A stretch of 35,973 nt of DNA from a virus. Lineage: Duplodnaviria; Caudoviricetes. This document shows positions 27,079 through 35,648 of the stretch, in pieces (the stretch's first letter is position 1; the number at the start of each line of letters is the position of its first letter). Under the pieces are notes generated by a model, which did not search any database, was not told where the DNA came from, and saw only the letters and a program-made list of their open reading frames with translations. The stretch covers positions 1 through 35,973 of the IMG/VR virus record IMGVR_UViG_3300037419_000651. The stretch is one strand, 5' to 3'. The position numbers and the translations under genes were made by a program.

Positions 27079-27101
27079 TTCTACATTCTCGGATTGTAGA
27101 A
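27079..27101. promoter_or_regulatory. Operator-like palindrome TTCTACA-N9-TGTAGAA (copy 3)
   Basis: Between the divergent integrase and 27249 genes. Confidence 0.8.
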
Positions 27102-27248
27102 AGGGAAGCGTTGGCCATCCGATAGAATGGATTCTTTCGACCATTCTTCCAATGAATCATTCCCTCTTGGGGAATTTGAATTCCCTCTTTTCAAACTTTG
27201 ATTCCTTGATTATAAGAATCGTATCTTTTGAAAAGGAAGGGAAACCCC

Positions 27249-27578
27249 ATGGCTAAAAGTGCGTTGGAACAGATTCAGGAACTGACTGCCCAGATGGAGA
27301 AAATCAAGGGCGAGGCTTTTAAAGAGGCATTGGCCAAGGCCGAAGCTGCCGTTAATGAATTGAACGCTCTTGGTTACACTTATCGGCTGTCACAGTTGGA
27401 AGATCGGCCATCCAAGACCAATAGGGCTTCTGGCACTCGTGCTCCTATCGTTTGCAAAGTCTGTAATTTCGCTACTGTGCCCGGTCATAATGCCCGCCTG
27501 CATCAGAAGCATCAGGGCAATGACCACAAGCCGTTCACGGATGGAGAATTGGCTGCTTTGGGACTAACCAAAGCCTGA
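27249..27578 (+). CDS. Protein with H-NS-like N-terminal coiled coil and C-terminal Cys2His2-type zinc motif
   Basis: ALEQIQELTAQMEKIK...AVNELNALGY; CKVC-x8-H-x4-H; AAGGAAGG RBS; monocistronic. Confidence 0.6.
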   Translation: MAKSALEQIQELTAQMEKIKGEAFKEALAKAEAAVNELNALGYTYRLSQLEDRPSKTNRASGTRAPIVCKVCNFATVPGHNARLHQKHQGNDHKPFTDGELAALGLTKA

Positions 27579-27597
27579 TTTTTCTATCATCGATAAC

Positions 27598-27626
27598 AAA
27601 AGCCCCGGTTTCAGCCGGGGTTTTTT
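27598..27626. terminator. Bidirectional rho-independent terminator
   Basis: AAAA-GCCCCGG..CCGGGG-TTTTTT between convergent genes. Confidence 0.85.
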
Positions 27627-27638
27627 ATTGGTCTATCG

Positions 27639-30600
27639 CTACTGTTTCCATTGGGTTCCATTCCAATGGCGCATGGTCCTTCGTTGCCATACCGTTCCTG
27701 TCCATTCTTTCATAGTTCCTCGTTTCCAGTCAGAACCCGTCCAATATTTGGTTTTGCTGAAACCACCTTCGGAAAGCAAGCTATCGTCATCCTCATAGCC
27801 GTTGAATGCAGCACGAGTTGTGACAATGACAGTGGTCAATATCGTATCGTCATCATCCGATAGATCGGCTTGACCATGGACATACAGGCTACCAGTGCCT
27901 GTAGCTGTGTCGTCATCATCATTGCTGGTGGATTTGCCAGCAATAACTATCTTGGTTGGGGCAATCAGATAGTCGCCCATTTCGATGATATCGGCTGCAC
28001 CATGGCTATGCAGGCTTGCCGAACCCGACAATGTATCATCATCTTCCGAATGATCTACCGTGGCATGGATAGCGCCAAACGGAATGGCAAAGGCGCTTAC
28101 CGTATCGGATGCATCAGCCTTCGAATAATTGGCAGATATTTTTATCTTCGATGCACTGGATACGGTATCACTGGCTTCTGTCAGTGTCGCATTCGCTCTG
28201 GTGGTCTTATAAGCTGTTGCTGAAACTGTATCGCTGGCTTCTGTTGAATTCGAATTTGCCTTGATCGGCAGGGCGGCAGAAGATGCAACGCTATCATTGC
28301 TTTCCACGACATTCAGGCTTGACCTATTGGTGCTGATTGCCCCACCGCTAGGATAGTCACCTTGTTCTGTCAGAATGGCAGCGGCTTTTATCGAAACATT
28401 GGCAGCAGACAAAGCCGTATCGTCGGCTTCTGATGCAGTCAGATAACCGGACACAGATGGTACGGCCAATGCCAACGGAATATCATCATCTTCTGTGGCC
28501 GTGAAATTTGCAGAAATTTGCAGGCTTGCTGCCGCTGTCAACCAATCCGATGTGCTGGTCTTTTGCAGTCTGCCGCCAGTCTCCAAACCGGTAATTGCAG
28601 ATATGGAATCTGCATCCTCATCCAAATTCGATGCACCATTCAGTTTCAGGCTTGATGCACTCGTGCTGGTATCACTGGCTTCTGATAGGGATGCCTGACC
28701 TGAAATTTTTATATAAGCCGCTGCATTGACGGTATCAGCCGCATCATTTCCATTCAGGCCAGCAGCCAATTGTACATTAGTCGTTGCTGATATTGTATCA
28801 TCAGCTTCTATCGCAAAAAGACTACCGGCAGCGATTGGCTTGGATGATGAAAGCAGAGTGTCGGAATCTTCCGAAACATTCAGGCTACCAGTGTTCTTTA
28901 GATTGGCAGATGCCGAGATGGTATCGGATGCTTCTGTTTTGGATAGGTTTCCAGAAAGTTTTATAACAGAATTGCTGGATACCGTATCATTATTTTCTTG
29001 TCTCGTAAGATTGCCGACAAGTTTCAGATTGGCAGATGCAGAGACGGTATCGGATGCTTCTGCCATATTCGCATTGGCAAAAGCTTCTGAATTTTTGATT
29101 GTAGATGATGAATCTAATGTATCACTGGCATCTGATAGGGAAGCCTGTCCAACGATCTTGATAACGGCAGTGCTTGCTAGGCTATCATCCTGTTCAAGTT
29201 TTAGTTCTTGCGTCGAATATAGATAGTCGCCAAACGGAGCGGCAGCTAGTTTAGAGCCATCAGAAGAAGATGCTACAGCAAGCCAGTTCTTTGCATCGGC
29301 ACTGATTTGGTTCCATGTGACACCAGAATCCGTTGACGAATAGATATAATCAGAAGTACCCGTAGCCGCATATAAAGTGGTTCCATCCGCAGAAGATGCA
29401 ATGGAATTCCATGTCTTTGAACCGGAACCTGTTTGTTGCGTCCAAGTCGCACCAGAGTCTGTAGACGTGTAGATATAACCGGGAGACGTGCCAGCTACCA
29501 GCTTTGTACCGTCTGCCGAAGATGCAACAGATTTCCAATATTGCGCATAAGTTCTGGTAGTCCAAGTGACACCGGAATCTGTTGACGTGTAGACATAAGC
29601 GCCATTGTCCACGGCAACCAATTTTGTACCGTCATCCGATGATGCAATGGATTGCCATAATCTGGAACCAGCAACAGTTCTTTGTGTCCAAGTGACACCG
29701 GAATCTGTTGACGTGTAGATATATCCGCTCTGAACGGCAGCAGCTAATTTTGTTCCATCGGCGGATGATGTAACTGATATCCAGTTTCTAGAACCGGATG
29801 CAGCTTGCAATGTCCAATTGGCACCAGAATCTGTTGACGTGTAGATATAGGATGGTGACGCAACACCAACTAATTTTGTTCCATCAGCGGATGATGCGAT
29901 GGACCGCCACGTCCTTGAACCCGATGTAAATCTGGCAGTCCATGTGTTTCCATAGTCATCTGATGTGTAGATATACGAGCCGCTTACACCGGCAGCTAAT
30001 TTAGAGCCATCAGCAGAAGATGCTATGGCTTGCCAATTTCTGGAACCGGAATTCAGTCTCTGTTGAAGTGAAGAAGAATCCTCAACACGGCCATATGCAA
30101 TTTTACCGCCGCTGGATGACAGAGTATCAGCCGCATCATTGATTGAAGAAGAAGCCTGAATTTTTGTTAGGAATGCATCACTCTGGAAAGCACCAGATTG
30201 GAATGCTTCACTTTTTGCAGTAGCCCCATATCGAGATAGGGCTAGAAGCGTATCGCTTTCCGAACCACTGGCAGATGCTGAAATTCTTGGATTGGCTTTG
30301 GATGATAGCTGGTCACTATCTTCATTGATCGAGCCGGAACCGTTCGAAGGATCGGGAAAGGGGGCTAAGGCCAGCAGAGCCGTACACCAGCCGCCAGAAG
30401 CCACGCCAGTTACCGTCTTGGTTCCTGTATCGCCCGCTGTAGCCTGTGGCTGGTAATGCAGCCATATCGATAGGCCGGTTGTTCGGTAGTCGTTATCCGT
30501 GCCTGATGTCGTATCTTCGAAAGCTGTAGAGAAGCCGGATTCCATAATGACGGCATCAGAAACATCCAGTTCGCCAGCCATCAGGATCATGCAGTTATCG

Positions 30601-30989
30601 ACGGTAGTCGTTATAGCCGCATGTGTGGCGCTGGTGGCCGTTCCTACGGTTGTCGCACCAATCTGGTCAAAAGGGGAACCATCGGTTTTGCAGCCACGGA
30701 AAGCGGCCATAGCAGCCATGATGTTACTTGCCGCTGATGGACTATAGGTAACTGTAGCGGTTGGAACCGTGCCGCCGCTATATCGACACCAGAAAACTTT
30801 TAGATCACCGGTAACATCGATAACTTCGGTCCAGCCTGCACCCATAGAGGCATTCAGGCCGGTATTTCTACAGCCTGCAATGACAATAAGAATGTCGTCT
30901 GCTTGGATTCCGGCTGGTGCGGCTGGTGTTAGATTTGCTCCACTACCGGCAGTCGCTTTGGCACCAGCACCAACAAAGCTAATTGCCAT
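27639..30989 (-). CDS. Large repetitive tail fibre/adhesin with a 7-blade beta-propeller
   Basis: 1116 aa; seven W..[IV]ASSADG.KL...YIYTSTDSG repeats; many E-x-S-D-T-V-S-A stalk repeats; W-rich C-terminus. Confidence 0.75.
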   Translation of the reverse strand: MAISFVGAGAKATAGSGANLTPAAPAGIQADDILIVIAGCRNTGLNASMGAGWTEVIDVTGDLKVFWCRYSGGTVPTATVTYSPSAASNIMAAMAAFRGCKTDGSPFDQIGATTVGTATSATHAAITTTVDNCMILMAGELDVSDAVIMESGFSTAFEDTTSGTDNDYRTTGLSIWLHYQPQATAGDTGTKTVTGVASGGWCTALLALAPFPDPSNGSGSINEDSDQLSSKANPRISASASGSESDTLLALSRYGATAKSEAFQSGAFQSDAFLTKIQASSSINDAADTLSSSGGKIAYGRVEDSSSLQQRLNSGSRNWQAIASSADGSKLAAGVSGSYIYTSDDYGNTWTARFTSGSRTWRSIASSADGTKLVGVASPSYIYTSTDSGANWTLQAASGSRNWISVTSSADGTKLAAAVQSGYIYTSTDSGVTWTQRTVAGSRLWQSIASSDDGTKLVAVDNGAYVYTSTDSGVTWTTRTYAQYWKSVASSADGTKLVAGTSPGYIYTSTDSGATWTQQTGSGSKTWNSIASSADGTTLYAATGTSDYIYSSTDSGVTWNQISADAKNWLAVASSSDGSKLAAAPFGDYLYSTQELKLEQDDSLASTAVIKIVGQASLSDASDTLDSSSTIKNSEAFANANMAEASDTVSASANLKLVGNLTRQENNDTVSSNSVIKLSGNLSKTEASDTISASANLKNTGSLNVSEDSDTLLSSSKPIAAGSLFAIEADDTISATTNVQLAAGLNGNDAADTVNAAAYIKISGQASLSEASDTSTSASSLKLNGASNLDEDADSISAITGLETGGRLQKTSTSDWLTAAASLQISANFTATEDDDIPLALAVPSVSGYLTASEADDTALSAANVSIKAAAILTEQGDYPSGGAISTNRSSLNVVESNDSVASSAALPIKANSNSTEASDTVSATAYKTTRANATLTEASDTVSSASKIKISANYSKADASDTVSAFAIPFGAIHATVDHSEDDDTLSGSASLHSHGAADIIEMGDYLIAPTKIVIAGKSTSNDDDDTATGTGSLYVHGQADLSDDDDTILTTVIVTTRAAFNGYEDDDSLLSEGGFSKTKYWTGSDWKRGTMKEWTGTVWQRRTMRHWNGTQWKQ
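29210..30060 (-). repeat. Coding tandem repeats (about 120-126 bp) for Asp-box/BNR propeller blades
   Basis: Recurrent GAATCTGTTGACGTGTAGA at DNA level; boundaries approximate. Confidence 0.8.
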
Positions 30990-31007
30990 TTATTAAATTA
31001 TCCTAAG

Positions 31008-32240
31008 TTAAAATTTCTGCCAGCGATATCCGCATATTGTTGTTTCATTTTCGCAGCTTGAAGTTCCCGCCTTCTTTTGAATTCCAAATCCATGACCAAA
31101 ATAATTTGTTGCGCCGGTAGGGATATTGGTTGTGTGTTGTGTTCCTGTGAATGTCCAAGTTGCGCCATAATCTGTCGAATAGAAAAATTCGACATTCGTT
31201 CCATCGCCATTCACGAAAGTTCCGAGATAAAACAAAGTTGTCGTGTCAACTGTCAAAGGACTATCGGTATAAGTTGCGACTCCGCCTTTCATTGTTGTAG
31301 TTCGCCATGTGGTGGAATTTGGCCGGTCGTACACCCAGCCGATCATGTTTTGTAAATTTCCGGCTGCACCATCAAAGAAGCCTGCCATCGATAAAAATTC
31401 GTTGGTTGAGTCAGAAAGTTGCAGGAGAAATGAACTGCAAACTGACAATAGAGAACCGTAACCACCATGAATGGTCCAATCGGTACTAACAAATGCACGT
31501 CCAGAAGTTGTTGTTCCTGTGTACGTAGAAAGAATCGAATGCTGCAATCCTTCAATGGTGATGGCACCGTTTGCAAAGCCGCCCGAATTGCTTCCGTTAT
31601 TCCAGAACCAAGCACCAGAGCCAGCATCGCCAACCATTGGGATATCAAAAATGTTTGAAACAGGACCAATTCTGTTCCCACTCAAAACATTTAAATTTGT
31701 TCCATTAAAATATATTTCAATTTCGTCACCCGGCATCAGGAAAACAGGGATGCCTTGAACATTAGTCGGCAGGTTCATTCTGTTTGCTGCTAGGCTAGAA
31801 GCGCTGTTACGCTCTAGGATAATCATTCTGGCGGATGCAGAAACTTTATCCGTGCCATTGACCAATCGAACACGCTTGCCGGTTTGCCAGCCTGTGGTAT
31901 CGATACCAGTTATCTTTATGCTGTTTGTCGGCTTGATAATTATGGTGGACAGAATTCCACTCTTGCCGCTGATACCAGTGGCGTAATTGTTCTGATTGGC
32001 TGATGGTACAAGCGTGACAACATCAGCGGCATCTACAGCCAACGTTGAACCCGACAAAGACAGGCCGGAACCAACGGATATTTCTTCCATTGGTCCAGTG
32101 CCAGCCGATGCACGGCCTGCAATCATTCCACCTTGAATGGAGGTTTCTAGATCAGCGTTCCAATCTGATGGCTGGATTAAATTGGTATTTCCAGAATCAG
32201 CAACGCCAGAAACCTTTGCGTGCTTGATCTTGATTGCCAA
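31008..32240 (-). CDS. Tail fibre/spike protein
   Basis: Probable start is TTG at 32240 (MAIKIKHAKVSGVAD...QPSDWNA); beta-rich C-terminus. Confidence 0.7.
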   Translation of the reverse strand: MAIKIKHAKVSGVADSGNTNLIQPSDWNADLETSIQGGMIAGRASAGTGPMEEISVGSGLSLSGSTLAVDAADVVTLVPSANQNNYATGISGKSGILSTIIIKPTNSIKITGIDTTGWQTGKRVRLVNGTDKVSASARMIILERNSASSLAANRMNLPTNVQGIPVFLMPGDEIEIYFNGTNLNVLSGNRIGPVSNIFDIPMVGDAGSGAWFWNNGSNSGGFANGAITIEGLQHSILSTYTGTTTSGRAFVSTDWTIHGGYGSLLSVCSSFLLQLSDSTNEFLSMAGFFDGAAGNLQNMIGWVYDRPNSTTWRTTTMKGGVATYTDSPLTVDTTTLFYLGTFVNGDGTNVEFFYSTDYGATWTFTGTQHTTNIPTGATNYFGHGFGIQKKAGTSSCENETTICGYRWQKF

Positions 32241-32242
32241 TT

Positions 32243-32647
32243 TTATGAATTTCCAGAATTGAGAACAAAAGTGGTAACAGTGAAAGCCTGACCAGTGGCA
32301 AAAGACGTATTGTCCACGGTCATATCTCCACCACCACCAGTGGCAGTAACGGTTCCCTGCATGTGGCAAACGCCGGTTGAGTCATAAAGTCTAAAGTGAC
32401 CAGCCGTACCAGAAGCATCGGCGGAAGTGTCTTCCCATGTGCCAGCCTTGGCCTTGGAACCGCTAGAGGCAGCAGCCATCCAGTCGGCGGGCAGGGCACA
32501 GGTAGCCAGCACTGTACCAGCATTAGCAGCGGCACAGGATGCAGGGGCAGCGCCCGAACGGATTGTTAGAGTTGGAGAAGTGCCAATTGCTGTTTCAACA
32601 GCATCAAGTTTGGCATTACGAACGGTCGTACTATATTGAAGGGCCAA
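32243..32647 (-). CDS. Virion structural protein (fibre-associated)
   Basis: RNAKLDA...ADASGTAGHFRL...QGTV motif; A/T/G-rich. Confidence 0.7.
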   Translation of the reverse strand: MALQYSTTVRNAKLDAVETAIGTSPTLTIRSGAAPASCAAANAGTVLATCALPADWMAAASSGSKAKAGTWEDTSADASGTAGHFRLYDSTGVCHMQGTVTATGGGGDMTVDNTSFATGQAFTVTTFVLNSGNS

Positions 32648-32681
32648 AATTATCCTACCTAAAAAAGATTGTTGATGAATC

Positions 32682-32688
32682 TATTTAG
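32682..32688 (-). promoter_or_regulatory. T4-type late promoter motif CTAAATA followed by GATTC
   Basis: About 35 nt upstream of the start at 32647. Confidence 0.7.
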
Positions 32689-32705
32689 GTATTTTTGATA
32701 TTCTG

Positions 32706-32921
32706 CTACTTTGTCAGAGACGAAAAGAAATTCTGAATGGAGTCCCAGAAAGCAAGAAGTGTGATGATACCGCCAGCAGCTACCAAAAGAACATTTCTGA
32801 AATATTTTCCAAGCCAGCCCAAGGCTTCCTGCTTCTTAATCATCTCACGCATGATTTCAAATTCTTTGCGTGGCAGCTTTACATCCACTAGTTCATCTTC
32901 TTTGTTAATATCATCAATCAT
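32706..32921 (-). CDS. Small membrane protein (lysis-cassette associated)
   Basis: Single C-terminal TM segment; follows the spanins. Confidence 0.6.
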   Translation of the reverse strand: MIDDINKEDELVDVKLPRKEFEIMREMIKKQEALGWLGKYFRNVLLVAAGGIITLLAFWDSIQNFFSSLTK

Positions 32922-33196
32922 GCGCCGGAACCCCTAAATTTTATCGAATCAGCTAATGCCTTATGTTTATCTCCACATACAATTAGATTTTTTCTGTCAA
33001 TCATCCAATATTCTTCAACTTCCATTTGGGCCAATGCCCTTTCTGGAATCTTGATTGGTCGCTTGCAATTTTCCATCAGCTTTGAATCAAAATAGGGTTC
33101 TACACTGGTAGGCGGAAGAACCCTTACTGATGTCGTTTTGCAGCCAGCCATTAAAAGTGCAATGAATGCAATTAGAAATATCCTATAATTCATCAT
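32918..33196 (-). CDS. o-spanin (Rz1-like lipoprotein)
   Basis: Lipobox LMAGC; C..P...W..DR..L..C...H pattern. Confidence 0.75.
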   Translation of the reverse strand: MMNYRIFLIAFIALLMAGCKTTSVRVLPPTSVEPYFDSKLMENCKRPIKIPERALAQMEVEEYWMIDRKNLIVCGDKHKALADSIKFRGSGA

Positions 33197-33549
33197 CTGA
33201 CTCTATTTATTCTCTCGCTGGATTTACCAGATATCCCGCATTTATCTTTATCAGGGTCAGATGCAGCTTCGGCCTTATTCTGTTCCATCAGTTCATCAAT
33301 TTTGCTTTCGGCATCCTGTAGCTGTTCGATTAGAGTGGCTTCATGTTGTTTCGCTTTTTTCTCGCTCTGAATCAGCTTTTCCAACTGGCCAGAATATTCT
33401 TGTTCCATCTGAATTTTGATTGCAGAAATTTGAGTATCAGCTTTGGCAGAACCATATGAAAAGCCGATACCGTAGGCTTTCAGAAGGGCTAGAGCGAATA
33501 GGATTATTCCAGCGATGGTCATCCAAATAGAAGGGATTTTGAACGGCAT
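33193..33549 (-). CDS. i-spanin (Rz-like)
   Basis: N-terminal TM, coiled coil, C-terminal Cys; ATG at 33549. Confidence 0.75.
   Translation of the reverse strand: MPFKIPSIWMTIAGIILFALALLKAYGIGFSYGSAKADTQISAIKIQMEQEYSGQLEKLIQSEKKAKQHEATLIEQLQDAESKIDELMEQNKAEAASDPDKDKCGISGKSSERINRVR
33204..33210 (-). promoter_or_regulatory. T4-type late promoter motif ATAAATA followed by GAGTC
   Basis: Just upstream of the o-spanin start, inside the i-spanin 3' end. Confidence 0.4.
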
Positions 33550-34505
33550 TAGTTTGTATCCAGCCACCAATCACCAACTCTAGGTGATGAAGGCGGGCTA
33601 GACCCTGTAGAAAGTTTTGGCGGATCGTAAACGGTTGTCGTGGTCAAGCCGAAAGCAAAATGGGCTTCATCCGAAATCAGATAAGTTCTGCCGGGTTCGA
33701 TATCGCCGCCAGCCATCAGAGCATTCAGGGCAGCACGAGTCAGAACGAATTCTGTTGGTGCAAGGGGAATAGAAAAGTTCAGGACAGCGGCGGTTGACGT
33801 GCCAGTGTTGACCACATTGGCAGGATTACCGGCTGGCACTGTTTCTGTGCTGCCTACAGAGATGGTTCCTGATGGCCCTGTGTCGCCTTTGGCACCCTTC
33901 GGCAGCACGAGATTGAGCGTTTGCGCTGGTGCGGTCCCTGTGATGGTAGCATTGGCTGTAGCGCCGCTTGTGACTGTTCCAATGGCTAAAGAATTGGGAG
34001 AGCCTACAGCACCCTTATCAGCGACAATGGACCAGTTGGCGGAAGGCGGCGCTGAATTGGTGTTGGCGTTGACGGCTATGTAAGATGAACCGTTGTAGCT
34101 GACTAGATCGTCCACGGCATAGCTAGTCAGTGATGACCATACGCCTTTCCAGTTCATGGCCACGTTGTTACCGGCGTTCAAATCGCCTGACAGCGAACCC
34201 GGAGTCATCGTGACCTTACCAGCCACGCCTTCAACGAAAATGGAAATATGGGAAGCGTTCGGATTGATGCCTATCAGGCAGGGGCTGTTATAGGTTCCTG
34301 CCGATACCTTCATTGAATTTGTGGTATCAGCCAACACCGAAGCATCACCAGTGACCAGATAATAGGCTGTCTGCCCCGTCCCTAAGCTTACCAAACGGAT
34401 TGTTGGATTGCCGGAAGGCAATGGCGGCAACTCAAATCGTTGTGCCTCTGTCGTTAGATTGACTGTGTTAGATGGTCCGTAGGGCGCAAAGATAGGCGGT
34501 ATCAA
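33549..34505 (-). CDS. Fibre protein with carbohydrate-binding-like module and short collagen-like segments
   Basis: WKGVWSSLTSYAVDDLVSYNGSSY; KGAKGDTGP; GDWWLDT end. Confidence 0.7.
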   Translation of the reverse strand: MIPPIFAPYGPSNTVNLTTEAQRFELPPLPSGNPTIRLVSLGTGQTAYYLVTGDASVLADTTNSMKVSAGTYNSPCLIGINPNASHISIFVEGVAGKVTMTPGSLSGDLNAGNNVAMNWKGVWSSLTSYAVDDLVSYNGSSYIAVNANTNSAPPSANWSIVADKGAVGSPNSLAIGTVTSGATANATITGTAPAQTLNLVLPKGAKGDTGPSGTISVGSTETVPAGNPANVVNTGTSTAAVLNFSIPLAPTEFVLTRAALNALMAGGDIEPGRTYLISDEAHFAFGLTTTTVYDPPKLSTGSSPPSSPRVGDWWLDTN

Positions 34506-34976
34506 TTAAAGCTTGGATGCCTCTACAAAAAAATTATCTATTTGTTCTGATGTAAAGCCAAGGGCTGCAAAGCCAGATTGCATCATTGGTTCCGATTTAA
34601 CAAAAGTACCAGATGATTCATAGGCAATCTGAATATCTCTGGATTGAGTAGCAATCCAAGCTTCGACGGAATCAATCAAATCATCGGCCAAAAGCTGCAA
34701 CTTGAATTGTCGTGATGTTACTCGCTCTGGAACTGGTTCAACAGCATCTTCCGTGTGATTGACATAAGTCGGAACTCCGTTGACCATTTCCACGGTAACA
34801 GATTTGACTTCCTGCCCATCAGGAACCGGATCACCATTTTGGATTCGCATTAGCGTATATTCACCATCGGTCCAGCCATCCCTAGCTGGCGATCCCCTGT
34901 CACCATTCGGCAGTTCGAACCAACCGCTTTCATAAATTTTTGAAATTATCTGATTGTCTTTTATGAGTGCTAACAT
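34506..34976 (-). CDS. Tail fibre assembly/accessory protein
   Basis: VPERVTSRQFKLQL...IDNFFVEASKL pattern typical of genes after fibre genes. Confidence 0.6.
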   Translation of the reverse strand: MLALIKDNQIISKIYESGWFELPNGDRGSPARDGWTDGEYTLMRIQNGDPVPDGQEVKSVTVEMVNGVPTYVNHTEDAVEPVPERVTSRQFKLQLLADDLIDSVEAWIATQSRDIQIAYESSGTFVKSEPMMQSGFAALGFTSEQIDNFFVEASKL

Positions 34977-34988
34977 TTGTTTCCTATT

Positions 34989-35648
34989 TTATGCCCATGC
35001 ACAGGCCAATAATTTTCCGCCAGTGCTACCCGGCGCTGAACTGACTGTGGCCGAAACGGTAGTGTGGTTTAGTTTTACATTGCTTGCTGATGCAAATCTG
35101 GCATCGCCAAGGCCACCATCAGCAGATACACCAGCCCATGTTATCGTAATGCCTGACCATGAGTTTCTAGCGGCACAAGCTATAATGACCGCATTTGGTG
35201 GCATCGTTACGTCCAGCGAATATGTCGTTAAGTTGCCAACATTGGAACTGGCAAATACCGGAGTCGCTGATGTCACGCCCTGCAATGAATATACAGCGAT
35301 ATCACCATCACCCACATTAGCGGTACTGATGCCAACAAATGCAGCCGTTGTTCCTGTGACGTTCGTAAAAGTCCAGAACGATACCGTTTGTTCTCCACCG
35401 GAACCCGATGGAACATTCAGAACACGAGTTCCAGCCACACCATTGCATGTCAGATTTGTAAATGATCGGCCTCCTGTACCCGTTGTGCCGACTGTGACAC
35501 AAACAATGATGCGGCCAGCAAAATCTTTTCCAATGTTGCGTGTTCCAAAATTATGATTGGTGCTAGTTCCAGCGGAATCCGTGACCATATCAGTTTGGGT
35601 AGTGCTTTTATATATAATGGGAGTGCTGAACGGGAATGGAAATGTCAT
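34989..35648 (-). CDS. Tail fibre-associated (receptor-binding-like) protein
   Basis: 219 aa, T/G/S/V-rich beta protein coupled to the upstream fibre gene. Confidence 0.6.
   Translation of the reverse strand: MTFPFPFSTPIIYKSTTQTDMVTDSAGTSTNHNFGTRNIGKDFAGRIIVCVTVGTTGTGGRSFTNLTCNGVAGTRVLNVPSGSGGEQTVSFWTFTNVTGTTAAFVGISTANVGDGDIAVYSLQGVTSATPVFASSNVGNLTTYSLDVTMPPNAVIIACAARNSWSGITITWAGVSADGGLGDARFASASNVKLNHTTVSATVSSAPGSTGGKLLACAWA

Noticed and set aside
29210-30060. Spaced DNA repeats as a CRISPR array or DGR template/variable repeats
   Set aside because: They are in-frame, degenerate protein repeats; no cas or reverse transcriptase gene is present
31008-32369. ORF-track start at 32369
   Set aside because: It overlaps the upstream gene with an implausible W/C-rich N-terminus; TTG at 32240 fits the operon packing
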